A stretch of DNA of 64,000 nt, taken from assembly GCA_001662655.1 (NCBI GenBank), contig KV460231.1. The stretch is one strand, 5' to 3'. This DNA comes from Pseudogymnoascus verrucosus (Eukaryota). Numbering within the stretch: position 1 is the stretch's first letter; each line of letters opens with the position of its first letter. Positions 14,275 to 25,674 of this stretch are shown piece by piece. The notes under the pieces were generated by a model, which did no database searches, was not told the origin of the DNA, and saw only the letters and a list, made by a program, of their open reading frames with translations. The position numbers were made by a program, and so were the translations under genes.

Positions 14275-14781
14275 TCATGCCGCCATCCTCCTCTGCCTTC
14301 TGTTCTGAGGAGCTGCCTGTTGCTGCTCCTCCCCGCCCTGTGGCTGACCCTGAGGACCACCCAGCATCCCCCTCGCCGCACCGATCAGTCCCCAGCCCTT
14401 CCACAGCCCAAATACGGGAACAATGGCAAACAGCCACCATGCCTTGTCCCCCAATGCAAGAACAGCCAATAAGCATGCCCACGTGACCCACACGACGTCG
14501 AAGAGGTACTCGGTCAGTCCCGGCGCGGCCAAGTCCTCCCCAGCAGATTTAAGGCTGGACTTCCCATTCAGCGTAGTATACTTTGGGCGACCGCTGGACT
14601 CGAGGATGTACTGGCAAGCGAAGGCCGGGATGGACAGTACGGCGTAGGTGACGAGTGAGCGGGAGCGGAAGATGAGGCTGAAGACGATGAAGGCGCCATT
14701 GAAGACGAGACTGCCGATATGGAGGGTTGAGAGTGCGGCCACGTTTGCCTTGGCAAGATCTTTACGCGCTTTGCCAGCCAT
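14275..14781 (-). CDS. SND2: SRP-independent targeting protein Snd2/TMEM208 (DUF788)
   Basis: MAGKARKDLAKAN start, GRPKY...GEDLAAPGLTEYLFDVVWVTW, hydrophobic helices, basic tail. Confidence 0.85.
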   Translation of the reverse strand: MAGKARKDLAKANVAALSTLHIGSLVFNGAFIVFSLIFRSRSLVTYAVLSIPAFACQYILESSGRPKYTTLNGKSSLKSAGEDLAAPGLTEYLFDVVWVTWACLLAVLALGDKAWWLFAIVPVFGLWKGWGLIGAARGMLGGPQGQPQGGEEQQQAAPQNRRQRRMAA

Positions 14782-15670
14782 GGCGAAAGTTTTGGATGCG
14801 GTGTGCGGCGAGTTTGTTTGTTGTGTGGCGCCGAGTGTGAGGCTTGGGGCGTAAAGGCGGAAAGGAGTGAATATTACCCCGTTTCCAGCTGTATTTGGCG
14901 TAGTATTAAATATTAAGGCAGAAATATATCATTCCGCAGACGGCAATTATCTTCCACACACAGCTTCAAATATTCGGAATCTTTCAATATCGATGTCGTA
15001 AGCAACTGCTGTAAATCCTTTTCCAGTGAGGCTAGATCAAGAGCGCGCGGCTAAGGGTAATAGCTTGGCGTGCCGCACCCCGAAAAGCCCAAGCTGTCAA
15101 GGATGCGGCTTACATAATCACACCGCCGTTGCTGGGTTGGACCGCAAGCAGCCAACGAATGGTAAGCGCTGAAAGCAGGTGCACAACAACACCGCGACAC
15201 ACCTGAGAAGAAGCCGCCGTTCTCCTCAAAGTGTAGCAATCAATCTTCCTCGAGTGCGCTCCGATAATAGCCACTACTATTGCTGAATATAATATCCGAA
15301 AAGCCACTGAATAGTGTTGCGTCCGTCGTCGTACCTCTTGTTCGGCATCACTCGTTCCTCCGTTCGTTATTGCCTCACAGGTACCAACCGTCGCCAAACA
15401 AACCCGTCGATGTCACCGACCGATGCCACCCTTCCCACTATTCAACACTACAAGCTAACGACCCTTTCGTCGAACCCGATTACGTCTTTGTCAAAACGGT
15501 AGCTCAGGCGCAGCTACATTTCACTCCGGTAGCTTTGTCCTGGGACTTCGGCGTCCCTCGAACAACCTCCGCCAATACTACGACCCTCCAAGTATTATTA
15601 CTTGACGACTCCCATGGCCACATAGAAGAGACATATAGATACTATCCTGAGCTTCTTGCACAGCGCCGGC

Positions 15671-18243
15671 ATGGCGCCTTCGAATACCTGCGTCACGAAC
15701 CAACTCAGGCAATTAATACACTACCACATCGATAACAACCTCCTCAAGAACGCCCTATTCCTCGCCGAACGACTGGTTGCGTTCGACCACAGATCCTCTG
15801 AATCACAATACCTCCTGGCATTATGTCACTTCCGACTCGGCGACACCAAGTCAGCGTACGAGTACAGTAAAGCTGGCGGGTCGAGAGGAACACACTTAGG
15901 GTGTGCGTATGTTTTCGCCCAGTCTTCGCTGTCGCTGGAACGTCACAAGGATGGCATAGTAGCTTTGGAGAAGAGCCGGGGGCTATGGGGCGGAAGGAAT
16001 AGCTTCGGAAAACATAATCAATATTCACGGAACCCGTTACCTGACGCGGCGGCTGTGAACTGCCTTCTGGGCAAACTATACCACGGATATGGCGACAAGA
16101 AGAAGGCTATTAATTACTTGGAGGAGGCCCTCAAACTGAACCCGTTCATGTGGGATGCGTTTACAATTCTTTGCGATATGGGAGCAACTGTTCTGGTGCC
16201 AAATATTTTCAAGATGAGCCCAGAGATGGAGGCTGTGATCCGGAGTGGCGCACAGCAGCCGGAGAACTTAGTGTCGTCACAAGCAAGTGTCAGTCAAGGG
16301 CTCAGCGGCGGATTGTTCAGCGATTCGACGCAAACCAAACCTCCGGCGCGGTCGGCGCCAATAGCAACAGACATGGCAGATCCTTTTAATACCGCGCAGC
16401 CTCGAAGCTATGGGGGAGGTTTATTTGGCTTGTCACAAAAGGTCAATGAGAGCAGTATGAACATCTCTCATTTACCCACAGCTGGTGGAGGGGGACTCGG
16501 GCCAGATACGATGGAAACACCAACTGGGCCCACCTCGCAAATGGATGTGAGTGTTGTACCCATGGGAAGAGAGCCAGGTGTTGTCTCAGCGTTTCCTGTC
16601 GAGCCTCCGCAAGCCCCAGTACGGAGGAGTCGCCAGCAGGTTGGTGATTACGGTATGGAGGCACCGCCAAAGATGAACCGTGGTGGGGTCCCAGTCAAGC
16701 GATCACAGAAAGTTGATACGCAAAGAGATGCTCCTTTAGAAGGGTCCTTACAAAGCTCGTTACGGCCACCGGGCTTACCTTTGTTGGTCCCTGAAAGGAA
16801 ACGAACTGTTTCTGGACAAGTTGTTCAGCCACGGCAGACTCAACCAGAAGATCCTGGTGCGCCACAACGGAGAAGCGTCAGGCTTTTCAATCAGATAAGG
16901 CCCGTCAGCAGCAAGTCCACGGCAGCCTCCGCATCCACGGGAACTGGAAACCAACCGCGAGAGTTGAAGAAAGCGAGGCCGCCAATATCGAGGATGATGA
17001 GGCCCGGGTCGAGTGCATCTACGGTTGGCCGTGTCGTCAGTGGGAACAGGAAGCCAATGGAAGAAATGGACATTGATCAAAAAGAGTACCCTCCTCGGCG
17101 AGCACACCATGCAAATAGCGCACCAGCTGCCCCTGAGAAATCGTTGGAAAACGAAGCAGCAAGGCAAGAAGAAGCGTTAAGATGGTTACTTGAGCTATTC
17201 AGAAAGTTGGGCACTGGATACTTCGCTCTATCACGGTATGAGTGCATGGAAGCGTTGCAAGTATACAGTTCACTGCCACGCGCGCAACAGGACACACCTT
17301 GGGTCTTGACGCAAATGGGCAAGGCATATTACGAGCAGGCTGCTTACGCCGATGCCGAAACTTATTACAAGAAGATACGGACAATGGCACCCACGAGGTT
17401 TGAGGATATGGAAGTCTACTCAACCATCCTGTGGCATCTCAAGAAAGAGACAGACTTGTCTTTCCTCGCACACGAGTTGATCGATGCCGACTGGCACTCT
17501 CCGTACGCTTGGTGTGCTTTGGGCAATGCCTGGTCTTTGGCACGAGAGCACGAACAAGCTTTGCGATGCTTCAAGCGCGCGACGCAGCTGAATCCCAAGT
17601 TTGCTTATGCTTTCACATTGCAAGGGCACGAGCATGTGGCCAATGAGGAGTACGACAAGGCACTCGCGGCGTACCGACATGGAATGGCAGCTGACAAGCG
17701 CCACTACAACGCCTATTACGGTGTCGGTCGTGTTTATGAGAAGCAGGGAAGCTACGATAAGGCGTTCACCCACTACACCGCCGCATCTATCATCAACCCC
17801 ACCAATGCTGTGCTGATCGGCTGCATCGGCACAGTTCTGGAGAAACAGAAAGAGCCAAGGCGCGCACTGGGTTTCTTCACCAAAGCCACGGAGCTGGCGC
17901 CGAGGAACACGCTCATGCGGTTCAAGAAAGCGCGTGCACTGATGGCTATTGGGGAGATGCAAGTTGCGCTCCAAGAACTGATGGTTCTCAAGGATATGGC
18001 GCCGGATGAAGCAATGGTTCACTTCCTGCTCGGGAGACTGTACAAGGGAATGAGAGAGAAGGGACTTGCCGTGAGGCACTTCACGATTGCGCTGAACTTG
18101 GATCCAAAGGTATGTTTCAACTTATCTCCCCGTGTCTCCAAAGGCACCACTAACGACGTACACAGGCGAGCCAGCAGATCAAGAGCGCAATCGAGAGTCT
18201 GGAGGGTGATGACGACGACGACGAACTGTCGATGATGGCGTAG
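15671..18243 (+). CDS. CDC27: APC/C TPR subunit Cdc27/Apc3 (BimA/Nuc2)
   Basis: N-terminal APC3 region (NALFLAERL, ALKLNPFMWDAF), C-terminal TPRs (MEVYSTILWHLK, AWCALGN, YAFTLQGHE); intron 18110-18165. Confidence 0.95.
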
Positions 18244-19165
18244 CACGCCGTCCTATCTTGAGGACACGGTGCTGAATTAATGCGAAACGAGGAATGGCGG
18301 CGGGGCGTTTGTTCCACACTTTTTTTGCTGCCCACGCCCACCACGGCTCCCACTCCGCCACACAAGCTGAGCAGAGACGAGGGCGCCCGGGAGTTTATTT
18401 TTGGGGGGAGGGAGGCACTACTATTACGAAAGGATACCTTATCATTAGCTTGCATTTGGGAGGTGCTGGCTCGCGGGATAATTGCATTGCTGTGCCCCTT
18501 GCACTTTCACATCATTACATAACGAGAGAAGTGAATATTGCGCAGGCGGCGGCGGTGGGTTGCATTGGAGCTTTTTATTTTTCTGAACTACGATGGCTGG
18601 TTCATAGCATGGATAGGGAGGCGGGGGGGAGGGTATATGGATACGGATATGAGTGAGGCGTTAGTAGGGCGGCTGACTGGCTGGCGGCACCACTTGGGGG
18701 ATGTTTGTACATAAGGGTGGGGTGAGGGGGGGCGTGGACGCTACGGCGGGAGAACATGCAATAGCATTGGTGGTGACGACATTTATTTGTCTCAAGTGCT
18801 TCAGTGATTGTGATTGTGATTGTGCATTTGCTATGTACGTGACTGATGTGCAAAAGCGCGTTCAAAGGAAAAAAAACAAAGGGTCAATACAGCCATACAG
18901 CCCAGCGCGCCATTCGACGGCCTCGTCACGTGGTGAATTCCATCTCCTTGTCGTTATAACGTTGACTGACTTCCCATGACTTAAAAAACAACTTATGCGC
19001 AAACCAGCTATCCATGGTAATCCTCCATGTGACTCTATCTTACAAGAACTGTCATTTCTTCAACAACAAATCCACACTCTAATGTCACGTGGTACCCCTT
19101 TCCGTCCTTGATGAGAAATCCGACTCCCTTCAAATTCTTCAAAAGACAAAATAGTAAAGAGTGCC

Positions 19166-20125
19166 TCAGTCAGTGCGTCTCTTCTTTCTTTCTGGTTCTT
19201 TCTCATCGGCAACAAGTTCTCTTTCCAAGCGGGCTCTCAAGAAAGCCTTCACTCGAAGGATGCCATGGGTGGTGACATAGTCAACTCTCGCTTGCCAGCG
19301 TCCACAGCGCTTCTTCATGTCTAGAATCGCCTGGCTGTACTCCATGATGACTTCCGTGGTTGCGCCGATTTTCTCTCGCTCGGTCTTGCAGTAGGCTTCT
19401 GATTCGTGCAAGAGCTCCTCGAGCTGCTCGTTGGTCATCAGCTCCCAAGCTGTCTTTGCCAATTGAGCGTGTTCCTCAAGAATGCGTTCCTCAAGGTCGC
19501 GTTCCTCATGATCGCGTTTAGCTGGGGATGCCGGTTGTTGGTTGTCTTTCTCGTAGTGCTTCCAAGCTGTGGGGTATTTGGCGCGGGTCTCGATGCTGGG
19601 GAAGCTGGGGAACCACCATGGTGGGCGGTTGGCGTATTCTCGGCGGAGAATCGCCATCTGGTTTTCGGGAGACTGGGGAGGCTCTGGGTAGATTTGATCT
19701 GGATGGGCCCTGTCTGTGTAGACGGTAACAATAAGCACTGTTTAAATATACTGGAAGGAAGACAACCTACAGTAATGCTCCCAAAACTTTCGGCGGCACC
19801 AGTACAGGTGAGCAGGCCATTCATTCTCTTGATAGCTTTTGGAACCGTACAGAGCTTTGAAGTATGTATGGTCAAGACAGTAGAGTTCCATCTTTTCTTC
19901 CTTGCTGATAGGTGCTCTTTTCTTTGAGATTTGGTTCTCCTTGGAGGGTCCCGCAGATGCATCATCATGGGGTTCAGCGAACTTCTGGCCATAAACTCCA
20001 CCAAATGAATTCACCCCTGGAGGTGTTGGAAAATCATCCAACGACAAGTTGGCAATCTTCTCATCAAAGTCATCTTGAGACTCTGGTCTTTTTCTCTTTC
20101 GCGTGGGCGAGGGTGGAGGCTCCAT
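19166..20125 (-). CDS. Hypothetical protein, probable paralogue of next gene; basic NLS-like termini and C-terminal coiled coil
   Basis: Two ORFs joined in frame by intron 19714-19770 (GTAGGT...ACAG); RRKFWEHYY...PWWF...TRAKYPTAWKHYEKD. Confidence 0.7.
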
Positions 20126-20806
20126 ATTTGAAGTCTGGTGTGGTTGGGGTTTGTTTCTTGGATTGTTTGTTCCTCCATTGTTTATTCTTCAATTGTGGCT
20201 ATCACCAGTACGTATCGGAGGCGGATATACCTTTATTGCGCTTCTGGCACCAAATATTATAAGAAAGGAAGGAACGACTCGGTGTGTTGGGCGCTTATTG
20301 TGGTTGGCGTGCGGCATCGGCAGTCCTGCCTCCCGAAGTCTGAAGAGGGACTACATGTTAGCTCAGGATTTACGCTGGCAATTTAGACTCAGAGAACTTA
20401 TTTCTTTTGTTCTATTTGCCAGCAGTTATCTTACTGATCATGCCCCTGAGTGATTGAACACCTCTGCTTGAATTATAGTTACTGTAATAGGTGTTATTAT
20501 ATGTACAGCCACTCTTCATACTTTCAGACGACACGAGTAGCTTTCGATATATGGGAGTGATATATGGGACTGGCAGGATCAGTTTGATTATAAGCTTTAG
20601 ACAGCACATTGTTATTTAGGGATTCATTTATGAGGCGATGTATTGCATTGCATGTCCTACAATTGAGTTGAAGGTTTCAGAAACTGCAGACAGCTACTGC
20701 AAACATTCAGCATGGCTCTTGTTCTCAACTGTTTGCCTGCCCGTCATCCAATTGCTCTTTGTATGCTCCATGCGACGTACAAACCGCTTAATCCATCCAT
20801 GCCTTA

Positions 20807-21806
20807 TTACTGATTGCCATGGCTATCATTTGCTTTTCTCGCAGCAAGAGTAATCTCCTGTACTTCCAAGACCGTCTGCTTCTCTTTCATAGCCTCCTCG
20901 AGTTTAGAAACATCTGTCTGTATTTCATTGAATTTTGCATCTGCCTCTGTCTGTATTTTGTTGGTTAGTGCAGCAGCTTCTCGACGCACTTCGTCAACTT
21001 TTTCACTAGCTTCTGCCTCTATTTTGGCGCAGTCTGTAACTGTTTTTCTCTGTAGCTCATTCACCATTGCAACAGTCTTTTTCCGTAGTTCATTAGCTTT
21101 TTTTTCTTTCTCGTCAAGCACGGTCCTGATTTCCGCCATCTGTAGCTTAACATCTTCAATCGACTTCTCCATTTCACTCGATGGGAGGTCCCAAAGCCCT
21201 GTCTTATCTGCTCCCTTAGGTGTTGCAGGAGAGCTGGCAGTCGTGGCGTTCAGTTCGTCCCAGGGATAAAGTAGCTGGCTGTCTTCAGAGGCATCTCCTG
21301 CGTCTCCATCCTTATAAAAGTGCGGCCACTTTTTTGGGAACCGCTCGCGAGTGTAGCCCTCAAGTCCCCAGAAATACCAAGGACATGACTTCCGGTGTTC
21401 CTCGACGATCTTGCGGACACGTGAATTCAAAGTTTGATTTCGACGTTCGGGGCAAGTGCCAGGTCCCTCTGTTGAATCTAAAGAAGTTAGTACGTGAAAT
21501 ATATATTTATAGCCCGCTGTGCAAATAATGCTTACAAAACTGGTCCCAGAACTTTTCCCGGGCATAGTGTTCTCGGTATGCAAGTTCAAATCTGTTTGGT
21601 AACAACTTCATAACCTCTTCGTATTGCTCTCGGTCGAGTCTGTCCAGCAGTTGCTCCTCTGCCCGATCTCGGGGAGGGCGTTTTCTCTTTGGAGATCCAG
21701 TCTCGCCATTCGCATTCTTTGATTTCTTAGCCCCCACAGAGCCACTCGATTGTTCTGCGTCCGCGGGACTTTCACTCTCGCAACGAGGTCTTTTGTATCC
21801 TGCCAT
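20807..21806 (-). CDS. Hypothetical protein, probable paralogue of previous gene; NLS-like N-terminus and C-terminal coiled coil
   Basis: Two ORFs joined by intron 21478-21535 (GTAAGC...CTAAC...TTAG); REKFWDQFY...PWYF...TRERFPKKWPHFYKD. Confidence 0.72.
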
Positions 21807-22358
21807 TGTTTGCACGGATATTGTCGAACGATGTGTCTTTGAAATGATTAACAATTAACACATGCGTGGCTGATGGGCGTAAACAGTTGTGTGGATGATG
21901 GTTGGGGGTGAGTTTGTTGTGTACTAAGATATTCAGGTCGGATCAAGTGCACGTCTCCCAAGAATAAACTGAGGTTCATGTAAGGGTTTATCTTCTGCCT
22001 TTGTGTGTATAAGTTAGTAGGCCGAAGCAAGATATCAGAGCCAGGCGCTTTCCAGGTTCACTAAGCGTGAGGCAAAGTAAGATGAAGTAAGATAAAGAAA
22101 GATAAGGTTGATCAATATCTTCAGTTTAGCAAAGGCTGCGCTAGCGAGGCTCATTGGCTTCTATTACCAGCTGTAGAATTATTTATTACAACTCCCGAGA
22201 GGCTGGCCATTTGAGTTTGTATAGGCGATGAAGGTGAATAGATGCCAAACTAAGCAAGCATAACAAACTATCTCTACATGTCCAAATCGAAAATCCCATT
22301 GCTATTGCCTCACGAATTCTCTAACTATTTATGGCCTAAAGCGTTAGTTTTAATTATA

Positions 22359-23495
22359 TTAAGGAATAGGACAAGACCTACAAGCTACTAGCTTCCTGAT
22401 CTCAGCAAAGACTTGTTCCATGTGCCGGTCCGATTTAACAAACGCAATTGCTAAATACTCTGTAGGCTTTGCAAAAAAGAAGCCTTGATTTGGTGCTGGG
22501 TGGCCGAAAACTGATGCATCAAAAATCGCATCGTGGATTTTCGAGTAGCGATCCCATTGCTCATTCGGCTCTTGTTCTTGTAACCATGCCCAGGTGTCGA
22601 AGAGATGGGCATCTTCTATATATAGCCCAAGGTAGTTTTTACACCTCGTGGCTACTCTAGTCAGCATATTTCTGTACCGTAGCTCATCAAATAAGGCTTG
22701 GAGGTGCTCTCTATCTGCAGTCTGCCCTTCAGCCAGGCGCCGAAACCAACTATGCTGCGGATTACATCCTGATGCATCATTGCCAGGGAAGCTTTCCAAA
22801 TATTGTCTGGCTTGTTCGGCTACTATGCTCGCAAAGTTTTCAGGGAGCGCCTGTCCTGAAGCAGTGGATCCATATTCTCCAGCTCTCCATGAAGCCAGCT
22901 TCTCAATATCACTAGCTATCTGTACCATTGAGCGACCCGTGCCGTAGAAAGCGATCGCCAGATATTCCGAGGGTTTAGTGTAGAAGAGACCGACCGGTGA
23001 ATCGAAAATATTCGGGTGACGAATCAGTGATACGATGCCCGTGTAACGTGCCCATGGTGCTTTTTCCCTCATAAGTTTGTTACAGTACATTTCTGCTACA
23101 ATTCTTCTCTCCCATGAAAGTACATCAAATAGATGTGCATCTTTAATCGACAGGCCTAGATAATTTTTCATCTCCGTTGCCAACTTAATCATCGAGAGTC
23201 GATGGGACAAAACGTCAGAGTCCTCTCCAAGGCCATCTTCGAATTGAATTTCTCCTCGTGCTAACTCCCCAAACCAGGTATGGTATGGTGTATTGCATCG
23301 CGATGCATGATTGCCAGGGTAGCTGTTCATATACTGTCGTGCTTGTTCACACACGATGTCTGCGAAGAGTCTTGAAAAATCTCGTCCCACGATGGCTTGC
23401 CCGGGCTCTCCGTTGCGGAAGGTAATTGTTTCGTCTTCCAAACCAGGGTTTGGAGCTGGATTGGTTTGAACTACTGAATTGTGGAAGATTCTCAT
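22359..23495 (-). CDS. Hypothetical protein made of two tandem copies of a ~160-aa helical domain (alternative ATG at 23603)
   Basis: Intronless ORF; EQARQY.xS.PGN.AS.CN, KNYLGL.I.DAHLFD and KP.EYLAIAF each occur twice. Confidence 0.8.
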   Translation of the reverse strand: MRIFHNSVVQTNPAPNPGLEDETITFRNGEPGQAIVGRDFSRLFADIVCEQARQYMNSYPGNHASRCNTPYHTWFGELARGEIQFEDGLGEDSDVLSHRLSMIKLATEMKNYLGLSIKDAHLFDVLSWERRIVAEMYCNKLMREKAPWARYTGIVSLIRHPNIFDSPVGLFYTKPSEYLAIAFYGTGRSMVQIASDIEKLASWRAGEYGSTASGQALPENFASIVAEQARQYLESFPGNDASGCNPQHSWFRRLAEGQTADREHLQALFDELRYRNMLTRVATRCKNYLGLYIEDAHLFDTWAWLQEQEPNEQWDRYSKIHDAIFDASVFGHPAPNQGFFFAKPTEYLAIAFVKSDRHMEQVFAEIRKLVACRSCPIP

Positions 23496-24002
23496 TGTGG
23501 ATTTGGGCTGTGAGCGAACCTGATGCAGAAAATGTGATTTCCTCTTACTCTTCAGGATTTGGTGCAGAAGAAACCTCAAGCACGCAACAAACGCAATATT
23601 CATATAGTGTATTCGTATCGTACTTCCGGTGACTCACTTGGACAGAATGGAACACACTAAATATATGGTATGATAATTCAGGCCATATTCCCAAAAGGAC
23701 TAGGCCAGGGCTAATGTGAAGCTACCGAAGCTAATATAAAGTTTGGGTCTAACATGCACTTGTGGGGGTAAGCTTCGTTTCCCCCTGACTCTTCTCATAT
23801 TTTCAGTGTAAACGCTTTTTATTTGGCGTTAACTAAACTAAAATAGTCTAATTATCCAGTCCATATGGAAATTAATACAGTTAGTGTGAGAGTTTCTGTG
23901 TTTATAATAATACCCTTCTCAGTCCTGCCATTGGATTTATCATCACCAAACACTACACCTCCAAACTGCAACTTTCCAGTCTTTGCTCTAATACACAAAT
24001 CA

Positions 24003-25007
24003 ATGATGGATATATTCTACGATATCGCCGTATATAACGGCCAAGGAATAACTACCCGCCGCGTCTCGCTAGAGGAAGTAAGATGCTTCCTCCTGGGTGC
24101 ACCTGACGATTTTGAACTCGCTGGGATAGCCATCAACGCTTTATATCATATTACCCATGAACCCATAAGCGACATGACGGTGATAGAACTCGGTAATTTC
24201 TTCACCGTGTTGTGTGACAGGCACGATTGGCCAATACAACCTAATCCAGGACTAACGCTCACTGTGAGTTTCGGGATGCCTCGATAAACGAGAAAATGCT
24301 AACAGCACCACAATAGTATAATCGATACGTTCAGGTTATGGCGGTTGTGCGTACGTTGACCGATTTCTTCCCAAGTCCTCTTTTGGTTCTTAACTTACGT
24401 TGCGACAGAATTACCAATCATTCCTGACAATGTCCCTCTCTCAAAAGCCAACCAGTATACCTACTTCCGCGACTGCAGACACCGAAAAAGACTTAAAGAC
24501 CGCTGGGAAGCGGTCAAGGCTGAGTATCTAGCTCAAAATCCCCATATGACAAATCCTGGGGCCCAGCCCCGACGCATATATGAAGTCCGCCGGAAAATGG
24601 CTCATGACCTTGGATGTTCATATTCCCCATCCCCTCCTTCGCTATCCACAAACTAACATCTCGCAGGGGTCCACGAAGACAGATTTCACCTCTTCGAGGC
24701 CCCGCCTCGCCCCTTGGAAGAGTTTTACCCAGTGTTTCCCCGACCCCTATGGGATATGCCATTTATGGGTAATCCTGGAATGGAATTGCCTATGTTGCCA
24801 CGCTTCAACGGACGAAGGGCTCTTCCAGCGTCATCGGTACCGCGGGCAGCAGCGTCACTGTCGGAGCTGCGCAGCCTGGACCAGCCAATAGTGAGGCCTT
24901 TGCAGAACGGCGCAGACCAATTTGATTCGGCGACTGCTAGCTCAGGTACTGAACCGCGGACGAATGCGGATTTGGATAGTAATGCTGCGACTGCAGGATC
25001 GGAATAG
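24003..25007 (+). CDS. Hypothetical protein, four-exon model
   Basis: Introns 24264-24316, 24351-24408 and about 24615-24666 (weak GTTCAT donor, good CTAAC/CAG) join short ORFs in frame. Confidence 0.5.
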
Positions 25008-25674
25008 AGTGGAATGTAAGCATGATTTGGAGTTGGTATGATTGTCGAGGTTTGAAATTAAATTGCTTTGAAGGGTTAGGTTTGTATACTTGCAAGGGAT
25101 TGAAGCTGTGTTGTTTTGAAAAATGTCAGCGGGGTTCAAAGGTGTTGTTTTCAAAGTTTCACTCGTTATGCCTTTATATTTTTTACGGTTATGGCCCTCA
25201 CAGGGCATGTTGTATACGGCCCCTTACCTAGAATTTTAGGGCAGCACAAGTATTATTACTATGGCAGGATACGGGATCCTTTATTTGCGTTTGTTTGAGC
25301 TTGGCTTGCATATCCCCCTCGTTGCATCAGGGACCATAGTTTGAGTATCGTACAACCAACCGCGAATCACACATTTTAATGTAAAACTTCCAATTTTGAA
25401 ATATCTTTTCATTTCAGTCTATGAAGCCACTTGAGTTAATATTGGCTATTTCTGCATCCCATCCCCGCGCAAAATTCCGTCTCCTTATTCATCGTAACAT
25501 GCATCTTTCTGATTCTTCAGGGCCGAAGCAAACAGCGAAGTTTCATATAAACGGCAGAAAACCCATATAGTCCTCCTTCACGCACAATATAGTGGGATTC
25601 AAGAAATCAGCGGCACGCTTCTTGCAGGTAGTATAGCCGCCAGCAAACGTTTTCTCAACGCCTTCAGCTCCAGC

